Assembly (NCBI RefSeq): GCF_009914755.1
Contig: NC_060947.1
Strand: one strand, 5' to 3'
Source of the DNA: the human T2T-CHM13v2.0 reference genome, Homo sapiens
DNA length: 64,000 bases
The translations under genes were made by a program, and so were the position numbers. The notes under the pieces are model-generated. The model did not search any database, was not told the DNA's origin, and worked only from the letters and a program-made list of their open reading frames with translations. Numbering within the stretch: position 1 is the stretch's first letter; the number at the start of each line of letters is the position of its first letter. Below, in pieces: positions 13,060 through 27,477 of the stretch.

Positions 13060-13500
13060 TGATCACTGAATTTAACATCACCAGTAGCAGGACAAATCGA
13101 TGTAATGTGTATCCTAATATGATGCACTTAAGGACACAACTGTACTTACGTGTTATTCTTGCCAAACATGTATAACCTGACTTTAAGCAGAAGGAATTAC
13201 CAGAAACCCAAACTGAGGAACACTCTACAAAATAACTGGCCTGTACTCTTCCAAAGTGCCAAAGTCATGAAAGACAAAGGAAAGCTGAGAAACTGTTTCA
13301 GGTTAAAGGAGACTAGAGATATAAAAACTAAACGTGGGATCTTAGATTGGATCCTAAACTAGAAACAGAACAACAGAGAGACAAGTGGTGAAATCTGAAC
13401 ACAGTGTGTAGGTTATAGTATTATATTGATGTTAATTTTTTGATTTTGATAATTGTAGGTACATAAGATATTGTCATCTGGGGAATTGAAGGTGTGTGGA
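13060..13500 (+). mobile_element. L1ME/L1MD-type 3' end
   Basis: cccaaactgaggaacactctacaaaataactggcctgtactcttccaaagtgccaaagtcatgaaagacaaagg. Confidence 0.7.
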
Positions 13501-13519
13501 TACTCTCAATTTTTTTATT

Positions 13520-14125
13520 ATTAGATATAATTCACATATTTTGAAATTCACCCATTTAAAGTGTACAATTCAGTGATTTTTAGTATATTCACGAAGCTTT
13601 GCAACCATCTCCAGAACATTAATTTCATAATATTTTCATCACCCCAAAGAGAAATGTTGTATCCATTAGCACTCATTCCCCACTCCTTCCTACCTCCAAG
13701 CCCCGGCAACTACTTATCTACTGTCTCTATAGAATTGCCTATTCTGGATATTTCATATAAATGGAAATACATAGTATGTGGCTTTTTGTATCTGGCTTCA
13801 TTCACTTAGCATAATATTTTTGAGGTTCACCCATGTTGTAGCATGAATCAGTACTTCATTCCTTTTAAGGCTGTGTAATATTGCATTGTGTGGATATAAC
13901 ACATTTTATCATTCATCTGTTGATGGACATTTCCGCCTTACAGTTACTGTGAATAAGAATAGTGCTACTATGAACATGCATGCACATGTTTTTGAGTACC
14001 TGTTTTCAATTCTTTTGGGTATACCCATACGAGTGAAATTTCTTAATCATATGGTAATGTTATTTAAGTATTTGAGGAACTGCCAAACTTTTCCAAAGCA
14101 GCTGTACCATTTTAAACTCCCACCA
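13520..14125 (-). mobile_element. L1MB-type 3' end
   Basis: tttaaagtgtacaattcagtgatttttagtatattcac, ttgcctattctggatatttcatataaatggaa. Confidence 0.85.
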
Positions 14126-15778
14126 GCGCTGCCTTCATATTATTTTTGCAACTATGTTGAAGTTTGAAATTATTTCAAAATGAAAAGTTTTTTAAAAAAG
14201 AATATAGTCAGGTTGTTGTGCCTCTTCTAGTAAGAGCCAACAAACCAGTGTCCATTGCTTCAGGGTCTTACAGAATGAGAGAAAAAAAGTTGAGAAAAAG
14301 TGAGAAAACAAGCCCCTGGTTGTTTGCACCTTTCCATCTTGTTTTCATGCTTAACACTTTGACATCAAATGTGCAGGTTTCTTCCCCGACACCAACCAAT
14401 TCTCTGACACTAGCTGAGTGCCCTACAATTTAATTCTGGCACCATCTAACTGGAATTAGTGTCAGATGGTGCAAGTTAAGGACTCACAAGACTGCCCCCA
14501 CTTCAAATGTCAATTCCAAATTCTGAACCACTTGTATTTCTGACTGGCTATTAATCAGGAGTTCCCACTGCTCCCTCCTTGTGTTAGATAATTTGCAAGA
14601 ACAGCGCACAGAACTCAGAATAAACGTTTACTTAATATTAATGGTTTATTATAACGGGTACAAGTCAGGAACAGCCAAATGGAAAAGATATATAAGGCAA
14701 AGTATGTGGGAAAGGATGAGGGGCTTCCATGCAGCCTCCTGGAATGCCATCCCCTTAATATCTCCATGTGTTCACCAACCCAGAAGCCATCAGAACTCTG
14801 TAATTCTGGGGGTTATATGGAAGTTTTATTACATACACAATTGATTACATCATTGGCCATTGGTAACTGCTGTGATCTGATTGCATCCCCCCAAATTTGT
14901 ATACTGAAACTTAATCTCCAATGTAATAACATTAAGAGGTGGGGTTTTAGGCAGTGATTAAGTCATAATGGCAGAGTCCTCATGGATGGCATTATGGCTC
15001 TTATAAAAGCACTTGAGGGAGTGGGGTCTTCTCTTCTGCTCTTCTGCCATGTAAGGATAGTTCATCTCTTTTGCCCTTCCACCTTCCATCATGTTAGGAC
15101 ACAGCAAGAAGGTCCTCACCAGATACCAAATGTTGGTGCCTTGATCTTGGACTTCCCAACCTCAAGAACTGTGAGAAAAATAAATTTCTGTTCTTTATGA
15201 ATGACCCAGTCTCAGGCACTTTTATATAGCAGGACAAATGGACTAAAACAGAAACTAGTACTAGAAAATTGGGGTGTTGCTATAACAAATATCTAAAAAT
15301 GTGGACACAGCTTTGGAACTGGATAGTGGATAGAAGCTGGAAGATTTTGAAGGTGCAGGCTAGAAAAAGCATACATTGCCATGAACAGAGCATTAAGGAT
15401 GATTCTGGTGAGGGCTCAGAAGAGGAAAGCTGTAGAGAGATGCTTTTTTTGAGAGTACCTAAGTTATCATGATCAGAATGCTGACAGATATATGCATAGT
15501 AAAGGCCATCGTGAGGAAGTATTATATAGAAATGAGGAGTGTCTTATTGGAAACCAGAGGAAAAGTCATCCTTGTTGCAAAATGGCAAAGAACGTGGCAG
15601 AATTTTGCCCACTTCCTAGAACTTTATGGAAGGCAGAATTTAAGAGTGATGAACTAGGATATTTGGCAGAAGAAATCTTTGAGCAAGGTGTTCAGGGTAC
15701 TGCATGGCTTCTCTTAACTGCTTATAGTAAAATGCAGGAGAGAAATATAGTGAAGATGGAATTTAAACTCAGAGGAGT

Positions 15779-16193
<415 letters not shown>

Positions 16194-16216
16194 TTAGTAT
16201 GGATAGAAGAAAGTCA

Positions 16217-16484
<268 letters not shown>

Positions 16485-18291
16485 CTATTGGTGCTGCCTT
16501 TCTCATGACAAGCCCGGAGTGCCAAGGCCTGGGGCACATAACTAAAACTAGGGGCTTAGGGTAACCGAAGAACCTCTGCGTTCACTGCCCAGTGATGCCT
16601 CATCTCTGCTCCATTTACTCCAGTGTAGCACTCCTCACCCACCTCAGCTGTGGTTATGCCTAGGTGTGGCTAGTGCCCCCAGTGTCCACATTATAACTCT
16701 GCAGACACACAGAGCGCAAGAGCTGTGGAGGAATGACTAATTCCACGTAGGTTTCAATGGATGACTTGGAGAGCCTCAGGACCAACACAGAGAACTGAGA
16801 CAGGGATAGTGCCACCAGACTCCCCAGTGGGACAATGCCCAGGGTAGCCATAAGATTGGGACTGCCTCTGAGACTCCAGTACTGCAGAGCCACTGGAGTG
16901 TGATCCTAGCCTGGGAGAGCTGCAGACACCCAACTCCAACTTGCGAGGTGCTGTATAGAATATGCCCAACAAAACCATGGGGCTGAGGCCCCCTATGGCC
17001 TTGGGGGCTTAACCTCCACTCCAGTGTGTCTAGATTATTCTCAAGCCTTAAGATTTAATGTTGTTTACCTTGTTGGTTTTAGCACTTACTTAGGACCTGT
17101 TATTCCTTCTTTCTTTCCTATTGCTTTGTTTTGGAATGGAAATGTCTATCCTATGGTTGTTCCACCATTGTATTTTGGAAGTATATAACTTGTTTGACCT
17201 TATAGGTTCACAGCACAAAAGCAATTTGTCTCAGAATGAACCTTACCTTCAGTCTCACTCATATCTGATTTACATGAGATTCTAGACTTTTGAGTTGATG
17301 CTGGAACAAGTTAAGATCTCTGGGGCTACTGAGATGGAATGAATATATTTCATACGTAAGAACATAAATTTGGGGGGCCAGGAGCCAGACACTATGGTCT
17401 GATTGTGTCCTCCGAAGTTCATATGTTGAACCTTAGTCATCAGTGTGATAGTATTAAGAGGTACAGGCTTTAAGAGGTGATTAGGTTACAAGGGAAGAGG
17501 CCTCACTGATGGGATTAGGCTCTTTAAAAGGGGCTTGACGGAGTGTGTTCTTTCTCTTCTCCTATGTGAAGACACAGCATTCATCTTCTTTTTGCCCGTT
17601 CATCATCATATGAAGAAGCAGTAAGAAGGCCCTCACCCAACACTGAGTGCCAAGGCCTTGGCCTTGGACTTCCCAGCTTCTAGGACTATAAGAAAATAAA
17701 TTACTGTTCATTATAAATTACCCAGTCGCGGGTACTTTGTTATACCAGCATGAATGGACTAAGACAGTGATCAACTCAGTTGTCAGAGGTCAGGGGTGGG
17801 ATTGAATGTTGAAAGCTCCAACCCTCTAATCATACCTTGGTCTTTCTGACAACCAGCCTTCATCCTGAAGCTAACTTGCCACCACCTCTACTCCCCGCTA
17901 AGCCAAGTCATCTCATTATCTTGTTAGCATACAGAAAGACACTCATCACTCCAGAGAGTCCAAGGATCTTAGAAGCTCTTGTGTCAGGAACAGGGGACTA
18001 AGACCAAATACTTTAACAAAAGATGCTATCACCTCTATTAGTTAGAAAATTATGACAGTTTTAGCAGCTCTGTTCCAGGAACTGAGGGTGAAGACCAAAT
18101 ATGTCTTTTTCTTATTATATTATCACAACATTCAATCTTGCTTTGAGGATCAACCCAATACTTGTACCTGAGAGGGAAATGTAAACTTATCAATGGAATT
18201 AGGGAGTTCTTCACACCTGGCACCACTGTCAACACCTTCTCATTTAATGATAGGCAAAGGGACTCAAAGAACATCAGAAGTAAGGAGTGGA

Positions 18292-18438
18292 GGACTGGGC
18301 ATGGTGGTTCAAGCCTGTAATCCCAGCACTTTTGGAGGCTGAGGCGAGAGGATCACTTGAGCCCAAGAGTTCTGTACCAGTGCACTCCAGCCTGAATGAC
18401 AGAATGAGAACTCATCTCTTTAAAAAAAAAAAAAAAAA
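18292..18438 (+). mobile_element. Internally deleted Alu (left-arm start fused to right-arm end)
   Basis: gcctgtaatcccagcac...gagcccaagagttc|tgtaccagtgcactccagcc; TSD-like aagtaaggagtgga / aagtatgagtgga. Confidence 0.85.
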
Positions 18439-18639
18439 AGTATGAGTGGACATGGGAGAAGAGAAACTGTCCCTTTGGTAATTATGATTTATTAAACATA
18501 ACCATGTTGCACAGAGCCACTTATTTCTCTTAAAAGCCTGTCAAACGTCTTAAGTGGAATTACTTTCTCTTCCCGGGTCACAAAAGCCAGTGGCTCAGGT
18601 ACAGAATAGATAATAGAACTGATTGGTGAGTAGGAAGCC

Positions 18640-18698
18640 AAAAGACACACACAGAGAACAGTACAATCTTTTAAAAGCTCCAAGTCATTAGCTTTATT
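18640..18698 (-). terminator. Candidate polyadenylation site of the miRNA host transcript
   Basis: Minus-strand AATAAA (tttatt 18693-18698) followed ~30 nt later by GU-rich ttgtactgttctctgtgtgtgtctttt. Confidence 0.65.
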
Positions 18699-19611
18699 TT
18701 TACTGAATTCAGCATGGGATGACAAAAATGCATTATATCACTACCATCCATTATTACATGTAGACATTTATCCTTGTATTCTTTATATGTCCATTTTCTA
18801 CGTTAAATCTGTTAACCAATACTAATTTAAATTACATGATTTCCTACTAAAAATATGCAGTTCATATAAGCAAGGGCAAATAAATCCTCCTTAAAACATT
18901 TTATTCCTTTATAATTGAGAACTTAACAGTCTTAATGGCTAGTTCTTAAAAAATGTTTATAGGATTAAGTTTATTTAAGAGAGCAGACAAACAAAACATA
19001 TTGTAAAACTAGTATTTTCCAGAAGCAATTTCCATTCTCTTCCTTTCTTCCTGCAAACTGGTGTTTTATCTTTACAAGTTCTCTGTCATTCCATAAGAAA
19101 GCTGAACAGTGGTTAAAACATCCAGTTTGCTTGAATTCCTGAGTGATTCAGATTCCAGTGAGATTGAGGGTCATTCATAACAGTTACAAGGCTGGTGTGG
19201 TAAAGGGAGAACAAAAATAAACTGGGTTTCTGCAGGTAAGTGAGAAGACAAAATGAAGAGGAATAAGGTTGTAAGGCAGTATGATTAGGCTTGTGGGTGC
19301 TATGCCTTCTGATAATAATTATGAACAGAAATAGAAGCCAAAAAGTAAACAACATGTAAGTTGTCAATCTTTGACAGTTGAGGCAGGGAGAAGGAAGGAA
19401 GGATGACATTACACCTTATCTCTGGTTTACTAGGCTGGTGTGTGAGACCATTTGGGTGAAATCGTATTGAAATCATTCATTGCTGAGGTGATCAGCTTTC
19501 TTGCGGTCCTTTCTCTGCACTCTATTCAATGATAAACTCCACTGGTTTATACCTCCTGGAAAACAGTTATTCAGAAACATTATAGGGGTAGCATTGGTGA
19601 GACAGCCAATG

Positions 19612-19721
19612 GAGAACATGTTTCCAGGTAGCCTGAAACCCAGCAGACAATGTAGCTGTTGCCTAACGAACACAGAAATCTACATTGTATGCCAGGTTCA
19701 TGCCCCAGACCTGGATGTTCA
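19612..19721 (-). ncRNA. MIR221: miR-221 stem-loop (5p 19676-19697; 3p 19635-19657)
   Basis: Minus strand has AGCTACATTGTCTGCTGGGTTTC (miR-221-3p) and ACCTGGCATACAATGTAGATTT (5p) in a hairpin. Confidence 0.99.
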
Positions 19722-19952
19722 GCTTGCAAGTAATTCTCACATACTATTTCAACACAACTGCCTACTGCATTCAAGATTTCAAAATTGGCATTTGTCTTTT
19801 CTACCACAAGGAAAAGAAAACCAACAGTCAGAAATGCTGGGACTTACCTACTACCAACAAAATTTCCTTAAACCATCATATCATCAAGTTGTCATCATTT
19901 AATCATGACATCATGTTGAAAATGCCATCTAAAAGTCAAGAGATGAAAAAGC

Positions 19953-20090
19953 TGGATGGAAGGAAGGTCGGATAGATAAACTGGTAGGTACGTGGGCAGG
20001 TGGGTGGATGGATGGATGGATGGGTGGATGGATAAATGGGTGGATGGGTAGGGGTAGATAGGTAGGTAGGTAGATAGATGAATAGATTGA
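19953..20090. repeat. Degenerate (GGAT/GGTA/AGAT)n simple repeat
   Basis: Visible. Confidence 0.9.
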
Positions 20091-20289
20091 TCTATCCAAA
20101 TGATACCTTTCATAGGGGGGAAAGAGAAAAAAAGAGGTAAAACAAAAACAGGTAAGAGCTAAAACATGGATAAATATCCAGATTCCTCCCCCTTGTAGTA
20201 TTGAAAGCAAATAGACCTCATCATTCATAAAACCTTGAAGGTTCCCAAGCCCCAGCTGATAATGTTGGACTTAACACCCTAGAACTTGA

Positions 20290-20299
20290 CTCTCTCCTC

Positions 20300-20345
<46 letters not shown>

Positions 20346-20362
20346 TGTGTGTGTGAGTGTGT

Positions 20363-20408
<46 letters not shown>
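20290..20408. repeat. Compound (CT)n(GT)n microsatellite between the two miRNAs
   Basis: Visible. Confidence 0.97.
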
Positions 20409-20411
<3 letters not shown>

Positions 20412-20473
20412 TCAAGGTAAAGTTTTCATTATTAAAGACTGCCCAATAATCTCTCTCAGGACACTGAAGCAGA

Positions 20474-20583
20474 AGCTAGAAGATGCCATCAGAGACCCAG
20501 TAGCCAGATGTAGCTGCTGATTACGAAAGACAGGATCTACACTGGCTACTGAGCCATTGAGGGTACCTACACCTTCCAGCAGC
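20474..20583 (-). ncRNA. MIR222: miR-222 stem-loop (5p 20532-20553; 3p 20495-20515)
   Basis: Minus strand has AGCTACATCTGGCTACTGGGT (miR-222-3p) and CTCAGTAGCCAGTGTAGATCCT (5p). Confidence 0.99.
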
Positions 20584-20614
20584 TGGGTGATCCTTTGCCT
20601 TCTGGGGAGGGGCT

Positions 20615-20640
20615 CTGTGGAAGAAAAAAGAAGATATCAG
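20615..20640 (-). promoter_or_regulatory. 3' splice site (branch point, polypyrimidine tract, CAG)
   Basis: Minus strand ctgatatcttcttttttcttccacag|agccc. Confidence 0.75.
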
Positions 20641-21239
20641 ATTTCAATTGCACATTTTCTTTGGATCATGAATTGACATTTTGACAATATTCCCATGTAC
20701 GTAATTTTAAACAACCTCTGGATTTATTTACTTATCCAACAGATACTGACTGAGTGACATTAAATAAAGTGCCACATATTTTCTTAGGTGCTGGAGATCC
20801 AGCAGCAAACAAAAAAAGTGGAAAATCTCTATACTTCTACAGCATACATGATTCCTTGTGACAAAATCTACAATCAATTATTTGGTATGTTTTGCAGTAA
20901 AATGGAAATATACACAAGAGAAAAACAAACAAGCAAACAAAAAACCAATCTACCATTTTATTGTGGCTTGGAGCATTTTTGTTGCTTCCTGTCACTTTAA
21001 CTTGGGTAATCTAGCAATGATGCACATATGTAAAGTAAATTGCAGTTAAAAAATTCTTTCCTGTTACGAACTGAGGATAATACAGTTATTTTACCAAATA
21101 TCTCAAACACCAAAGAAAATTACAGAAAATGCATATTATAATAAATATTCAAAGCAGGTGCTCACTAGCATGTCAGTTCCAAGCTTTCCTCCCATGATAC
21201 AATGAAGGTAACAAAATAAGTCACAGGATTGGTGTTCTC

Positions 21240-21680
21240 TTTGCTATTCATTTATCCACCCCAGAAATACTTACTGAGTACCTTCAATAAGTACCTTTCA
21301 GTACCTTACTGAAATACTTCTGCGTGCTTTATTCCAGGCACTGGGAATGCAACACTGAACAAAATCCTTGCACTCACGGAAGTTTAAGTCTAAGATTTAA
21401 GGAAAGGGTAGAAAAAGACTGAAAAAAACCTCCATAGATATGGACGGTCATTTCATAGAGTAATGAAACAGTTAAGAGGAATGCTATTTTCGATAAGGTG
21501 GCTAGGAAAAGCCTCACTGAGGGCCTGGCATTTGAGTGGATTCCTGAAGTAGGAGGAGAAGAATCATGTACATACCTGGGGTGGGAAAGGACACCACAGG
21601 GAGAGGCAAGAGTCAGAACAAAAAGCACTGAAACAGGAAAAAGCCTGGTATCTTGGACAAGGTGTTCTTTTATTAGCACA
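21240..21680 (-). mobile_element. L2 fragment
   Basis: attcatttat...aaatacttactgagtacc...ccaggcactggg; ggtggctaggaaaagcctcactgag. Confidence 0.7.
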
Positions 21681-23809
21681 TGACCACATGGCCAATTATT
21701 GTTTCCTACTTTTAGGATTATTCTAGAAGGTAAATGACTATGCAACTTTTCTCCAAGTACACGTCTTAGAATCCTTTGCTGTGAATTTAAAATGCTTCAG
21801 CTATCACTTAGAAAAGATTTAATAAAGCTACTGTCAATTGGAAACTAGTACCATTTGATCGGACATGCAGCTATACCACAGTATGACACACACATATTTA
21901 TCACCAAGAGAAAAGTGGCTTTTTAAAAATGTGTTAGCTATAAGAAAAGATAACCAGCTTTCTGGGAGCTCTAAATATATACATATCTAGGGAATGATTT
22001 AACTATTTAATCACAGATGTCTAATTTTAAGAGGCAACTCACTTGCCAAATTATAGTAATAGTGCTTCACCAGTGTGGTTAGCTCTTGGTGGGGGAGGAT
22101 AAGGGTGGAATTTACAAGGTGAAGCAGGGGTTTTTTTGATTGCTTGCTTTTTTTTCTCTTTAAATAAGTTAAGGCCAATCCCATCTATGAAGTATATTTT
22201 GGCACTGCCTACAAACCAGAGCATACATACTGAAGTGGGGGAAAAGACCGTTTATATAGGTTTGGCTAAGTCTTACCCTCAATGTAAAATAAAGCATTTG
22301 TAGAACACACAAACTTACATTTCATAAACCACTAAAACTAACTGTTCATAACTCTACTTTTATGAATAAGACTAACAATTAAAGTGAGGCAAGGGTTTAG
22401 TGTGGTCACTTTCAATGCCAAAATACAAAAGATTATCTTTTATAAATCTTTACATTTAGATGAGAAAAGGTAAATTTTTAATTCTCAAAGGTATCTATTC
22501 TCCACATCTTAGTACTAAAGTTAAGGTGGTCTTTTGCCCCTTGTTTTAAATTTAATCTAGGTAATACAAATAGGAAAATCTGTAAATAAAATTTTATTAA
22601 AGGTTATTCTGTAAATTAGTGTCAACCACTAAACAATACTATACAGTTTTAAGTTTATTAAAAACACAAAGAATAGAATATGTAGAATATATAACACCAT
22701 AGAATATTAACCAATAATGCATTTTCAGTTTAAAAATAAAAGGAAAAGAAAAGAAATAGGTTCAAACTAGAAATGTTGAGTTATATAATTCTGTTATCTA
22801 ACAATTAAGATGACAACTAAGCCCCAAGGGTGAGTGATAGGACTGTAACCAAGGTACTTCTGCTCAAGTCCTAGTCACACTGCAAACAAACAAAACAAAA
22901 ATAATAATAAACAAAAACTCCCATACATTCTGGCTAAAGACCATTTATTTGAGGTATGAGAAAGAGTTTAAAGGGAGGGAAAGACTATTAAAAGTTAAGC
23001 CTGCCACCTGCTGTTGGAAGGCCTGCTTTGAACTGGGATAAAGACCATTTCTTGAAATGTTAACCTAGAATTTGAAGAGCTTACACTCCACACGGTTAGA
23101 ACAGGGGCAACCTATACACCAAACCAAGAAGTAAAGAAACCCATTGATGTTTAAAGCTACACTGAGGGAGATAAAAGTCACATTCGCATCAAAGTTCTAC
23201 TGGAAATGAAAGAAATGCTGCTTCGTGCGTCATTCTACTGAAGGAAGAGTAGAATTACTCTGTCTTTTAAACTGATTACCTGGACAATTCTATTTTGCCC
23301 CCAAAAAGCATCTCTGACTTTAGAAATTATCATTTTTAGAAAGAAATTTTGACCCTAGGGACTATATGTGGAAGTAAATGAAGAGAGATGAACGATTTCA
23401 CAGCATTGCCAGAATGCTAACTTTACCAAGTCAAAATTGTCTAATTCACTGTTTTTAACACAAATGTGAAAGAATCTATGCTTCTTTGAGTAAAAGAACT
23501 TCCAGATGCTTTCCAGTTCCATGATTTTCTATAACCTCACAAAGTCTGGCCCCACATGTCCCCCCAAACCCCATCCATGATATTTCACATATTTTTGTTC
23601 ATGCACCAGTAGTTTTCTGTAACTAAATAGGAATAGAGTCAAATTCTATCACAATCATGTTTAGGGATTTGACAGAGCATAAGCCAGTCCACTATTCTAA
23701 TGAAGTCAGAGTTTACTTTAGAAGTGAACAAAAACTGCCACCCACAGTGTATATCTCATGTTAAGTGATTCTTAACATATACACAAACACAGACACAAAA
23801 CCAAAGGGA

Positions 23810-23952
23810 TACAATGAAACTTTGAGAGATGTTGAATACATCCATTACCTTGATTATGGTGATGGTATCACAGGTGTTTGCATATATCCAAACTCATGAA
23901 ATTTTCCACATGAAATATGTGCAGTTCTTTATCAATTATACTTCAATAAAGC
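23810..23952 (+). mobile_element. L1M 3' terminal fragment
   Basis: tccattaccttgattatggtgatggt...tcaattatacttcaataaagctg. Confidence 0.75.
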
Positions 23953-26240
23953 TGTTTTTTTTTTTAAAAAAAGCTGCCTCCCACACCGTTAAGAACAAAA
24001 AGTCCAATTAACTCTAACTGTAGGCCAGGGAAGAAATGCACCCATGTATACACAGTGCGCCACAGGGTGAAATTATGCTAGAGGAGAAATCAGCCTTTTA
24101 AATACAGGTGTCTAATTAAAGTATGTTCTTATGAACTTGGATTCCTTCTGTGTTATGTTATGTTAGAGCAACTGAGCCAGGGTATCACCATAACCGGGCA
24201 CGTGGTTGAAACCCGTCCAGCTCTTGCATACCTGAGATCCTGTGACTACACTGACCAAAAACATTTATACCAGCTGATGGTCACTTGATTCTCACATCTC
24301 TCTATTTAGTAAATTGCTCCGCAAGCCAACTTGAAGACTGAGGTGAACATTCTCTGGGACGTTCCTGCTGAAGACATTTTTTTAAAAGACATTGCCCCTG
24401 CCAGATAATTCTAGTCTGAACAGGCCTCAGAAGGGACTGGTTGGCACAAGATCCTAAAACAAGCTTCTAAAGGTGAAACCACTCAGAGCCCATAAAGACA
24501 GACTCAGACTAGTTTTTTAAAAACTAATATTTAACAATTAGGTGCATGCCTTTAATCCTTCTCAACGAAAAACAACATTTTTTAAACAATCAATAGATGA
24601 AAACATGAAGCATTTTACTCATTGCAAACACTCAGAGGAAAAGGATAGTTTTAACCTAAGTAACAAACAGTCTTTTTATGGACAAGTTTCAGAAATTAAT
24701 TGCCCTAAATCCATGTACATATATATCTCTCTTTGTCCCTCTCCCCACACTCTGGAAGAAAACCCTAAGGCATTCTCTACATACAATGTCAGCAGTGTGC
24801 AACGATGGTGAGGAATTCTTGTCGTTTTTAAATAAAAGAAAGAGGAAAATAATTTGCATTCCATCAATGATAAGTAAAAACAAAAGAAGGACGTCAAAAT
24901 AAAGTAACTTCTCTGAGCTTGTGAATAGCAGAAAAACCAGTCAGTTCTCTCAAGAATTCATGACTTAGAGACTTATTTAGTGACAATTAACCCATTACTA
25001 CTCTATACTATTACCGAGGCCTTTCTGTGGATTTGGTCTCATTTTTAAGCCTTGTGCTATTTTCTAAAGGCATCAACATCGCACATGTCTACCATTGCAA
25101 CCTTCATTTATAATCAGATCTCTACCAAGCCTCTGCTTTTGGCACTGTACAGAACTTCTTTTGTCATACAATGTTCTTATGGTACAAAATTCTTTGTGTC
25201 GTCTTCCTTGAATCTTCCCATCAAGTTTCCCTCTCCTCAGATGGACTGATGGAGGAGCAAAATTCGGCTTCTGAACACTGCCTGACAAGCACTTCCCTCC
25301 CTGCAAGGCCCAGCTCTCTTATAGGATGCTAAGGGACCTTCCTGGATTCCTCTGGAAAGTTAGCTGCATACTACTGGGGGCTGGTTCCCAGATCACTGAG
25401 TCTGTGGTCTCAGCCAGAAACACAAGACACATTGCTCTTCAATTTGTTTAGAAATGTGTCTCCCTGTGAGAATATGTGCTCTTTGAGGGTAAGAATCAGT
25501 CCCATAATTTTGAGATTCCCCAGGTACCAGCATAGTACACTAGATCATAGTCACCTTTTAGTAAATATTTGTCAAATAAAGAAATGTGAGTGAATAGACA
25601 GTAAAATGCCTGACACCTATACTGATACATTTCAAAAAACAACAAACACAAACACACACACACACACAGTGGAAGACTATCTCCATTCAGGGAAACTCTT
25701 GTATTTCTTCATCCTTTAAACATTTCTTGCTTTCTCTCTTAGTTTTATGGTAGCTTTCTGTAAGATTTGTGGGTGCTTATAAGATCATGCTATTTGTAAA
25801 AGAGTGTATGTTCCTTTTAACAGAAGTATGGACTAGTGAAAGCACTGTCTTAGAGTGTGTTTGTGTACCATCACAGGTTTGTAGCACAGAAGGGTCCTCA
25901 GGGAAATAAAATCTACTCCAGTAAAATGATAAAACTAAGACAAATGAACAGGTAATGAGGGAAGACCAGAAAGAGAACATCCATATATACAGTTTCTTTT
26001 GCTTATGATGGTTATCAGAAGCTCAACCACATTAGGTATCAATTATTATGAGTTCTATGACAGTATGTGGACTTTTAAAATTAAGTGGCTTATATAAATA
26101 GCTCACACCACAATGGAAGAGAAAGGAAGATAGTTAGCAGAAGAAGTGTGAAGATTCGGAAAGACTAATAAAAATGATTTTTAAATGATGAAGGGCTAAA
26201 TGTATTTCCCGCAGATGCTATTTGATGACCTATCAGGTAC

Positions 26241-26243
<3 letters not shown>

Positions 26244-26287
<44 letters not shown>
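26244..26287. repeat. (CA)n microsatellite
   Basis: Visible. Confidence 0.97.
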
Positions 26288-26289
<2 letters not shown>

Positions 26290-27427
26290 CAGCAAAGAGG
26301 AACAGGATGAAAACATGGATTCTACTTGTGTAACAAAGAGAAAATGGAAACGCTAATTAAGATTTTTAAAGAAAGAATGTTCTAAAATGTGTTAAACGAA
26401 GGGAAAGAGGGGAAATAGATATTTTCAAACTACGAAGAAAGACTACAGTATAAAGACCTAACCTACAAGTCCAGTATTTGCTCCCAGAGTGGCTGCCACA
26501 CAGTGGACGTGTGATCAGTTCTTCAACAGGTTGTAAGGAAACCTCAACTGTTTTGGAGGAAATAACTCGGTACACCCCAAGGACCATGCAAAGCCTTGAT
26601 AATAGCACAACAGCATCCTTCTACCCCTTCTTCTCTCCTTATTGGTTGATGCTGGACTGTATTTGTGCTGACAGTGGAAGGTTTTTTGACAACGTATGGA
26701 CAGTTCTATAGAGCAAAATATAAGTATCTAGAAAAACAACATCAATATAATTAAAAATCAGATTAAAAATTAGGATTCAAAACACTAACAAAGAGGAAAA
26801 TGGCAAAATATCAAGCACTCAGCTTACAATTGGAGATGGTCTACAACATGACAGTCTGGAATGTAAAAAGGAAGCAGGATATTGAAGAGGGAGCACCACC
26901 GCAAGTGAGAAAAGAGCCAGGGAGAGAGACGTCAGTCAATACACCAGAAGAGAAAATGGACATAGGGAAGCCCAATGCCCAGATACTCATCAATGAGGCA
27001 AGAGCTTCATGGGCGCCCACTATTATTAACTAGGTAGAATAAGAAGTTTACCAGGTAGGGAAAACCAGAAGGTGGGGAAGGGAAGGAGGCTGAGGAGTAA
27101 CTCTTGGAGGTTTAAAAAAAATGTTAGAAAAGGTGAGCATCCGGAGTCCATGACAAAGCGAAGATTATTCATAGGCCTGGGCAAAGTCAAGAGATGAAGG
27201 AAGGAAGTCTTTCTTCCTGTGCGGGGTGGGGAGAGCAGCAGCAGCAAACTTTATCACTAGGTTGAAAGGGGAAATAACAGAAACAAAACTGCTGTTTGTA
27301 TTGATGGCAGTCACACAGGGGAAATCTGGTTCCTCTTTCTATGAGTGAAGAAAGAGGTCAGGGGAGGTACTTGGCACTAAAGGATGATATAACCTTGAAA
27401 GGACTGGCTCAGGGAGGACAAGAGAAT

Positions 27428-27428
<1 letters not shown>

Positions 27429-27475
<47 letters not shown>
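27429..27475. repeat. (GT)n microsatellite
   Basis: Visible. Confidence 0.97.

Positions 27476-27477
<2 letters not shown>

Noticed and set aside
19473-19902. ORFs overlapping miR-221 (66 aa on -, 133 aa on +) as possible miRNA-encoded peptides
   Set aside because: Non-ATG starts and no recognisable homology or coding signal
21265-21320. Repeated agtacct motif and a 7-bp inverted repeat
   Set aside because: Micro-duplications inside an L2 end; too short to be meaningful
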